NCBI GenBank assembly: GCA_041649255.1
Contig: JBAZNK010000006.1
Span: 12,225 to 76,224 of the forward strand
Direction of reading: 5' to 3'
Length of the DNA: 64,000 nucleotides
Origin: a bacterium
Lineage (GTDB): Bacteria > Hydrothermota > UBA3073 > JACQXS01 > JAQTXJ01
Part shown: piece after piece, positions 57,572 through 64,000 of the stretch
How the letters are laid out: each line of letters begins with the position of its first letter
Numbering within the stretch: position 1 is the first letter of the stretch
Program-made: the position numbers and the translations under genes
Notes under the pieces: model-generated
Told to the model about the DNA's origin: nothing
The model's database searches: none
The model's input: the letters and a program-made list of their open reading frames with translations, nothing else

Positions 57572-58495
57572 TTATGTCAGAAAAATAATAGCAGACCCTG
57601 CAACTGCAATAAGAGTTCCGATTACTGCCCAAAAATTGACCTTTTCCTTAAAAACCCAGTATGCTACCGGTAACAACATAATAGGAGGTAATGCCATAAG
57701 CGTTGAAGCGATGCCGATACTTGTCCATTTAATAGCAACCATCGACATCCATATTCCTAAAAATGGCCCTCCGAATGCAGCTCCGGCAATAAACAAATTA
57801 GCTTTTTTATTATTTAATTTTTGAAATGTTTGTTTAACGTTCCCGCTAAAAATAGTCCATATCCATATAACAATTGCCCCTGTTAGTACTCTTATGAGAG
57901 TTACCGACAATCCCGATAAATTACCCATACCTTTTTTGGCAACTACAAGACCTATTGCCTGTCCAAAAGCTCCTCCAATAGCGCAAAGAATACCTATTTT
58001 GAGTTGCCGTAAGGCAATTAAGTATTTTTTACGGTCAGATATGCCTGATAAAAAATTCTGCTTTTGTAATAGTACTATAATTATGCCGCTTATAGTTAAA
58101 ATTATGGCGAATATTTCAATAGGTTTTAATGTTTCTTTTAAGAAAATCCATGCTATCAATGCGCTTATAATAGGAACAAGTGACATAATCAACATTGATA
58201 ATTGCGTTCCTATAAGAACAAAAGACTGGAAAAGAAAAGCATCCCCCAAAGCAAGTCCAATTATCCCTGATAATCCAAGCCATCCCAGTTGAGATAATTC
58301 AATATGTATTGGAAAAAAATATCCTTCTATAAAAAAATGAGCAATTAAAAGATAAAATACGGCTACGGCTAAACGTGTTCTATTTACTACCCCGGCTCCA
58401 ACATATCTTGAAGCTATAGTAAAAGCAGTGGATGTAAAAGTCCAGCACAAAGCAGTCGCTAATGCTGCAAATTCACCCGTATAACTATTTACCAT
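57572..58495 (-). CDS. DMT-superfamily (EamA-like) permease.
   Basis: 10 TM segments; two EamA-like halves (ALATALCWTFTSTAF...; ...GIASTLMALPPIMLLPVAYWVFKE). Confidence 0.7.
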   Translation of the reverse strand: MVNSYTGEFAALATALCWTFTSTAFTIASRYVGAGVVNRTRLAVAVFYLLIAHFFIEGYFFPIHIELSQLGWLGLSGIIGLALGDAFLFQSFVLIGTQLSMLIMSLVPIISALIAWIFLKETLKPIEIFAIILTISGIIIVLLQKQNFLSGISDRKKYLIALRQLKIGILCAIGGAFGQAIGLVVAKKGMGNLSGLSVTLIRVLTGAIVIWIWTIFSGNVKQTFQKLNNKKANLFIAGAAFGGPFLGIWMSMVAIKWTSIGIASTLMALPPIMLLPVAYWVFKEKVNFWAVIGTLIAVAGSAIIFLT

Positions 58496-58656
58496 CTTTT
58501 CAGATTTTTAGTATACCCATAACTTTGAAAGCGTCAATGTTTTTCAAATTCTAATCTAAAAAAAAGATGGGGACGTAATTTTTAGAGGAGAGTTTTTTTC
58601 TAATAACTCATAGAAAAAGTAAAAAATTGTAATACAAGCATCTTACTTATGATTTG

Positions 58657-61548
58657 TTAAAACTCCGGGGAAAGTGAAATATAATAACATGGTTGTGAAA
58701 TACTATGCATTAAATCCGTACTCCATGCGCAATCCATCTTTAAGTAGAATTGATATAAATTCATTCTTATCCCTGTCCCAAAACTCATTTTCAAATCTTT
58801 TAACTCACCATTCTGCATGATTTTCATTTCCTTGAAATTAAAATTATCCTTTCCATAACCAAAATCCACAAAAGTTCCTCCTCTTATTCCACCCAATATA
58901 AGAGGCAATGGAAAAGCTATTTTTACTTCATCTATAAAAGGATACCTGAACTCCATACTAAAAAGTCCAAGATTCTTGCCTTCTACCAAATCTACGCCCC
59001 ATCCCGTTCTCAAATAATCTGCATCAGTGATATATGTAGATATTTCATCTCTTCCCCATATTCCAATGTTCATAAATCGCATAGCAAAAGAAAAATTATT
59101 TGTTATCCTCAAGTATCTTCTTAAATCTATTGAATAAAGATTGTATGCGCGACTATATCTCTCCCCCGGCATATCTTCCAATGGTAATTTACTACTTAAA
59201 GAAATTTTCATTCTCTCCCCATTATAAGGCCCCGTCTGATTCCATATTGAATTATCCAAAACAAAAGAAATACTAGGTCCTGTAATATAATACCACTCCG
59301 CCCCCAAACTACTATCGGCAATTCCATCCGTATGAAAACCTTCTTCCTCTGTAAGAAAGCCCTGCCAGTCTAATTCTATTCTTCTGAATTTATCCACCGG
59401 ATATTGAGCTAAAAAAGCCCCCCCTGTTTCACTATGTTTTTTCCACTCATAATAAGAAGAGGTATAATACCCATATTCTTCTCTTGCAAAAGCAATTCCA
59501 TAATCCCAACGATGTGGACGATACAAATAACTCACATAAAAGTTACCCAATAAATTATCTGGACTATTGGATTGCAGATAAAGCTGATGGTTGCCTGCCC
59601 AATCCGACATCAAAAATTCTGCATATATTGAACTTCCGCTTGAAGAATAAGCTAATCCCCCGCTTGCCCAATCCGGAGTAATCCTTAAGCCAAGTTTTTT
59701 CCCCGAATCCGGAGTCGTATCTTTATTAATTATATTATATTTCAAGGAAAAAACTTTCTCCGAATCAGCTACAAATCCCTTACTTGTTGGGTTCTTTATA
59801 GCATATATATCCCAGCCACCTTTACAATATAATGAAAATGTAAGATATTTGCCGTCTTTTGTCACTGATGGAGTAAAAACGCCCCCTATAACATCAGTAA
59901 GTTGTAATAATTTTTTGTCCCGACTATGAAACACAAACAAATTATTTGCCCCTGTATAATTTGATACAAATAAAACACATGTATCTCCCGTTGAATCTCC
60001 AACTACCTGCATAGGCGATACAACACAACTTGCCCGGGGCATATCTATAGGCATTTTTTCTACCACATTATCAAAAGCACCTACACGAAACACTGAATAA
60101 TAACCATATCGCCACACACTATCTTCGCAAGGTCTATCGGACGAAAAAAGTATATATTTTCCATCCAACGACCACGATGGAGTCATATCATCATACATAT
60201 CTTCCGTAATTTGCTCCATATCACCACTTTTCAAATCAATAACATATATATCCGCAGCACCTTCTTTTACTCCTCTTATAGCTATTTTTTTACCATCCGG
60301 CGAGAACGACGGGGAAAAGACTCTATCCAGATCAGGTACAATTTTCTTTGTTATCTTACGACTATGTGAATTCATAATATATAAAACATCTTTACCTGCA
60401 TTTTTTGCAACCATAACTATTTTCTGGTTATCAGGAGACCAACCTATTCCTCCTTGCATAATATGAAATGATTCAAATGCCTCTGTTTTTCCGCCTCCTA
60501 TTAACTTAGCTTTTACTTCACCGTTTATTGCGGACATCAGATAAAGACTTTCATAATCGTCCCTGTCAGAAAAAAATGCTATTTCACTTCCATCCGGAGA
60601 TATTACGGGACTAGTATTAAAGGCATATTTGCCATCTCTATCCGTAAGTTGTCTAGTGTTTTCTGGAACCGGCAGTTTACCGGCACATTCTTTCCAATAC
60701 TTAGTTTTTAATTCTTGCATCCATAAACGATTTAATTCTTTTTCATCTATCCCAAGAACCTGTTCCAGGGAACCTTCAAAATTTCCTATTATCCCCTGTT
60801 TTTTTAATATTTCTCCTACTTTATTTTCCCCATATCTATTTACGATAAAGTTTAATATTGATTGTCCCTCTTTATACATTAAATATGACCCCTGTATTTC
60901 ATATAGTCTATCTACGGGTCTTATCTTGTCCCAATATAAAGCATCTCTTATTACCATATCTGCTTCCGCATTCCACCCGAGTGAAAAATATTCCGCCATA
61001 CCTTCCATATACCATAATGGAATTTGAGAAACTTTCAATGCAAGAACCTGAGTAAATCCATCTCCTTTTAACACACTAAACTGAAACGCATGCACAAGTT
61101 CGTGTGAGAGCACATGTCTAAAAACCTCGTAAGAACCATCAAATGGGACAACAACTCTACTCTTAAAAATTTCGGTAAATCCGCCTACGCTTTCATCTAC
61201 TTCAGTAGTAATATTTGTCTGCTCAAAATCGTTATGAGAATTATACATTATAACAGGAACCCGTCCCTTAGGTTTATGATTTAAAGCTTTACAATACCTT
61301 TCATAATTCTCTGTTATTACGTTATGTGCAAATTTTTCAAGTTCCTCTCCGCCAGGATAATAGACCAAACTGAATTCGTCAGTATCTACAACTTTCCAGT
61401 CAAATCCCTTATATTGAACTTTGTTCTTTCCAAATTCCCAATATTGAGAATATGCAAAAGGAATAAAACTCAACAGCAGAAAAAGACAAAAAGAAAAGCG
61501 AAACATACTTGGCCAGAAACGAATCTGTCTTTGATGGAAAAATCTCAT
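58657..61548 (-). CDS. Large outer-membrane-associated protein of ~963 aa. It has an N-terminal HExxH-containing domain, TolB/PD40-like beta-propeller repeats and a C-terminal Omp85/surface-antigen-like beta-barrel ending in Phe.
   Basis: HVLSHELVHAFQFSVL. PD40-like SPDGSEIAFFSDRDDYESLYLM, SPDNQKIVMVAKNAGKDVLYIM, SPDGKKIAIRGVKEGAADIYVIDL, SLDGKYILFSSDRP. C-terminus GGTFVDFGYGKDNF...GIRMNL...YYISLSPEF. The true start may be the internal MFRFSFCLFLLLSF. Confidence 0.6.
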   Translation of the reverse strand: MRFFHQRQIRFWPSMFRFSFCLFLLLSFIPFAYSQYWEFGKNKVQYKGFDWKVVDTDEFSLVYYPGGEELEKFAHNVITENYERYCKALNHKPKGRVPVIMYNSHNDFEQTNITTEVDESVGGFTEIFKSRVVVPFDGSYEVFRHVLSHELVHAFQFSVLKGDGFTQVLALKVSQIPLWYMEGMAEYFSLGWNAEADMVIRDALYWDKIRPVDRLYEIQGSYLMYKEGQSILNFIVNRYGENKVGEILKKQGIIGNFEGSLEQVLGIDEKELNRLWMQELKTKYWKECAGKLPVPENTRQLTDRDGKYAFNTSPVISPDGSEIAFFSDRDDYESLYLMSAINGEVKAKLIGGGKTEAFESFHIMQGGIGWSPDNQKIVMVAKNAGKDVLYIMNSHSRKITKKIVPDLDRVFSPSFSPDGKKIAIRGVKEGAADIYVIDLKSGDMEQITEDMYDDMTPSWSLDGKYILFSSDRPCEDSVWRYGYYSVFRVGAFDNVVEKMPIDMPRASCVVSPMQVVGDSTGDTCVLFVSNYTGANNLFVFHSRDKKLLQLTDVIGGVFTPSVTKDGKYLTFSLYCKGGWDIYAIKNPTSKGFVADSEKVFSLKYNIINKDTTPDSGKKLGLRITPDWASGGLAYSSSGSSIYAEFLMSDWAGNHQLYLQSNSPDNLLGNFYVSYLYRPHRWDYGIAFAREEYGYYTSSYYEWKKHSETGGAFLAQYPVDKFRRIELDWQGFLTEEEGFHTDGIADSSLGAEWYYITGPSISFVLDNSIWNQTGPYNGERMKISLSSKLPLEDMPGERYSRAYNLYSIDLRRYLRITNNFSFAMRFMNIGIWGRDEISTYITDADYLRTGWGVDLVEGKNLGLFSMEFRYPFIDEVKIAFPLPLILGGIRGGTFVDFGYGKDNFNFKEMKIMQNGELKDLKMSFGTGIRMNLYQFYLKMDCAWSTDLMHSISQPCYYISLSPEF

Positions 61549-61617
61549 AGTTTCTATTTTACTTTATTAAAACTTTTTGTCAATTTTATCTTATTGCTTT
61601 ACTTGAAAAAATTCTAC

Positions 61618-62838
61618 TTATCCCAATTTTATCACTATCATAACAATAGCCACAAGCATTACAAAAGCGGTTGAGGGTATAAGCATTTTATAAACTCCCC
61701 ATAAATTTGCTTTAAAATATTCCTTTGTTATTGCAAGGCAAAGATGGACTGGGGAAAGTAAAACTCCGGCAAATCCGAATGCATATGCAAACATAACATA
61801 AGTCGGGTTATTATGTAATAACGGCATCAACATAGGAAACGCAATTCCCACAAATGCGGTAGTTACACCGGTTAAAAATCCGACAATAAAAGGTATAAAG
61901 GCAAGCAGGGCTAAAGATGAAGTATTAGAATTCCCCAAAAATTGAGTAATAGAAGTAAGCGCTCCCGAATTCTCCAGAACTTTTTTAAATATCATAACGG
62001 CAACAAGTAATAAACTTATATCCAAAGACAAACCAGATTTTAATCCCGGTAAGATATTTTTTGGGAAAGGTTTTTGTAGGAAAATTAACATTATTACGGT
62101 AATTGCAAGCGCTATAATAACATCCAATTTTGCAACAACCACAAACACAAAAACCAAAAGAATCGGTAAAATACTGATAAAAAATGTTCCCAAATCTCTG
62201 CTCTTTTTTGTTTTTAAGTTGGAAGTTTGAGGTATGTTTTTTGCTTCTTTAGGGAACATTATAGAACATACAACAATACCCACGACTATAATGGCAATAG
62301 ATAACGGATATTGATTTAAACTAAGGGTGCGAACAGGCATATTAAGAACACTTGAAGCAAGAATCATTCCAAGATAAACAGGCCAGCAATATTCCCAGGG
62401 ATGCCTGAACCAGTAACTTATAAACGTTTTTAACTCAGGCGATAAGTTCATCCCCTTGCTGGCTTCTTCAACCATAGGAGCGGATAACATTGCACCGGCA
62501 GGCATCGGAATAAAACCTACAATAGCAGGAGGAATTGCGATTGTAATGTTTCTATTATGAATTAAGTTTTCAAGTGAGATTTTCATTTTATTAAAATAGC
62601 CAAATTCCTTTAGAAAATGTCCGAACGTTAAGGTAAGATAAACAGTAGCGAGTAATTTTAAGGTGTCTAAATTGAAAGTCCCGGAAGCAAAACTTTTAAG
62701 AATATTCATAGGAGACATCAGAAAAAATATTCCCATTAATAATGAACTAAAAAGCATTATTAATCCGATATTTAATTTTCTGGATACGAGGAATATAAAA
62801 ATAAAAACAACGATTAATAATTTAATAAGTGAAAGCAT
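61618..62838 (-). CDS. Polytopic integral membrane protein of ~11 TM segments; family not confidently identified (possibly DUF401-like).
   Basis: Hydrophobic throughout; 406 aa. Confidence 0.4.
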   Translation of the reverse strand: MLSLIKLLIVVFIFIFLVSRKLNIGLIMLFSSLLMGIFFLMSPMNILKSFASGTFNLDTLKLLATVYLTLTFGHFLKEFGYFNKMKISLENLIHNRNITIAIPPAIVGFIPMPAGAMLSAPMVEEASKGMNLSPELKTFISYWFRHPWEYCWPVYLGMILASSVLNMPVRTLSLNQYPLSIAIIVVGIVVCSIMFPKEAKNIPQTSNLKTKKSRDLGTFFISILPILLVFVFVVVAKLDVIIALAITVIMLIFLQKPFPKNILPGLKSGLSLDISLLLVAVMIFKKVLENSGALTSITQFLGNSNTSSLALLAFIPFIVGFLTGVTTAFVGIAFPMLMPLLHNNPTYVMFAYAFGFAGVLLSPVHLCLAITKEYFKANLWGVYKMLIPSTAFVMLVAIVMIVIKLG

Positions 62839-62882
62839 AATAATTTTTACAATATATCCGGGAAAACATTGAAATACTAATA

Positions 62883-63104
62883 TTATTCAGATATTTTATG
62901 AATACCTTCCACCTTATAATTGCCTTTTTCAATTAATTGTTTTACAATTTCTATACTTTCTTCTTTTATTTTTATAGCCATACCACAATCAGAAGAAAAT
63001 TGACGCGGAACAGGAATTAGTTGGACTCCAATACCTTTTTCCTTTATAGCTTTTTCTGCTTTCATAACAAAGTGAACACTATTGAATAAAATAACGTAAT
63101 GCAT
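62883..63104 (-). CDS. DUF3343 family protein (putative Se/S carrier-like).
   Basis: 73 aa. HFVMKAEKAIKEKGIGVQLIPVPRQFSSDCGMAIKI is the DUF3343 signature with a conserved Cys (from memory). Confidence 0.6.
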   Translation of the reverse strand: MHYVILFNSVHFVMKAEKAIKEKGIGVQLIPVPRQFSSDCGMAIKIKEESIEIVKQLIEKGNYKVEGIHKISE

Positions 63105-63107
63105 TTT

Positions 63108-63515
63108 TTAATTGGATTTTCTACTCTCCGGCGGAAGATTATTTTTCTTCATAATATAACTTACAATGAATAGAATACCCACAATTATAAAGGGTAAGGC
63201 AATTGCCATAACAACGCCAAGACTTTGAAAAACAGAAAAGTGATTCCTTTTATAGTTCAAATTAAATAAAAACGGAGTAATCCCAATGCCTATCAAAGCA
63301 AGAAGAATCCCGCCAATTAATTCTCTTTTCCATGCAACAATAAGAAAAATAATTAAAACATAAACCGGGATAAGATGCATAAAAAATGCTAAAAGTTGCT
63401 GCCAGATTGTAAGATTCGGGGAAAAAGAATCAAAAGCAAACAGACTAACAAAAAGAATAGCCAGAATACAAATAATCCGTGGTAACCAATGAAATAATTT
63501 GATAGATTTTTTCAT
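63108..63515 (-). CDS. Small integral membrane protein of 135 aa, 4 TM segments, unknown function.
   Basis: ICILAILFVSLFAF, VYVLIIFLIVAW, ILLALIGIGITPFLF, MAIALPFIIVGILFIV. Confidence 0.45.
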   Translation of the reverse strand: MKKSIKLFHWLPRIICILAILFVSLFAFDSFSPNLTIWQQLLAFFMHLIPVYVLIIFLIVAWKRELIGGILLALIGIGITPFLFNLNYKRNHFSVFQSLGVVMAIALPFIIVGILFIVSYIMKKNNLPPESRKSN

Positions 63516-63632
63516 TTTGCTCCTATATTAATTTTCCATTTAAATATATTATAACATACGAAAAGTCAAAGGATTTCTCTTCTCATTTGACAAATTTTCT
63601 AAGAATAATTGCAATTCTTGTTTTTACTCCAA

Positions 63633-63974
63633 TTATTTCATCAAAGATTTAACCAAATCACGGTTATTCCAAAGAGCACACCCGCCTTTTCCTTCAACTA
63701 AATATTCGGAATTTTCTCGTACCTTTTTTAAAAAATCAGATTGCAAAGCTTCTTTTAATGATATATTACTCAAATTCGTATCTGAATATGGAGCAAAAGG
63801 ACAGGGTTCAAGATTGCCTTCTGGACTGATATGAATAAAACCACGTCCTGCGGCAAGACATCCGCCATACTCTATTTCATCGCCGGGAAAAGCAATAAAT
63901 ATACCTCTGAATTGAGCATTAAACCTCTTTATTATCTTTTCCAATTCTTGTTTCTGAACATCAGCAAGAACCAT
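63633..63974 (-). CDS. SPASM/twitch-domain fragment, the C-terminal auxiliary Fe-S domain of a radical SAM enzyme. It may be a truncated gene.
   Basis: GGCLAAGRGFIHISPEGNLEPCPF...GGCAL. Only 113 aa, with an in-frame TAG ~15 nt upstream of the ATG, so the radical-SAM core is missing. Confidence 0.4.
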   Translation of the reverse strand: MVLADVQKQELEKIIKRFNAQFRGIFIAFPGDEIEYGGCLAAGRGFIHISPEGNLEPCPFAPYSDTNLSNISLKEALQSDFLKKVRENSEYLVEGKGGCALWNNRDLVKSLMK

Positions 63975-64000
63975 ATTTTCAGTTTTCTGTTCTATAGGAA

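Noticed and set aside
54910-58292. Plus-strand ORFs 54910..55200, 57169..57552, 57549..57824 and 57894..58292.
   Set aside because: They overlap the antisense of well-supported membrane transporter genes (ZupT, Gate-domain, EamA).

Overview
This 64 kb window is about 36-38% GC, and almost every gene is on the minus strand; only a short arsC-like/DUF488/thi4 trio is on the plus strand. It looks like a chromosomal accessory region of an uncultivated anaerobic bacterium of the Fibrobacteres-Chlorobi-Bacteroidetes type. It splits into two parts.

**Part 1 (1-47.6 kb):** an island of very large secreted proteins. At least ten carry a T9SS-type C-terminal sorting domain (the beta-sandwich ending K-x-x-K-K-[LMIV]-[IV]-L-[MIL]-[KRE]). 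Their passenger regions include YVTN and FG-GAP beta-propellers, parallel beta-helices, a C25 gingipain-like peptidase, an M6-like HExxH peptidase with CARDB domains, and a clan GH-A glycoside hydrolase. Other genes in the island are an unusual Gly/Tyr-rich repeat protein, a TPR-bearing PMT-like membrane glycosyltransferase and a REC-AraC response regulator. Two unrelated conserved non-coding element families recur in the 5' regions of these minus-strand genes. There is also a frameshifted non-specific endonuclease next to an AT-rich ORFan with a PIN-like motif, and an ECF sigma factor truncated at a repeated 33-mer.

**Part 2 (48.1-54.8 kb):** a compact oxidative/nitrosative-stress plus Fe-S/sulfur-relay operon. 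In minus-strand order it reads Fur/PerR, Hcp, cupin, flavodiiron protein, an unlisted 53-aa rubredoxin, ferritin, TusA, DsrE, NifS, NifU/IscU and desulfoferrodoxin. It is followed by ZupT, a FAH-family hydrolase, transporters, a protein fusing an HExxH domain, a TolB-like propeller and an Omp85-like barrel, DUF3343, and a SPASM-domain fragment.

No rRNA, tRNA, CRISPR array, transposase or integrase was recognised. Every identification rests on motifs read by eye from the translations; no database search was run.
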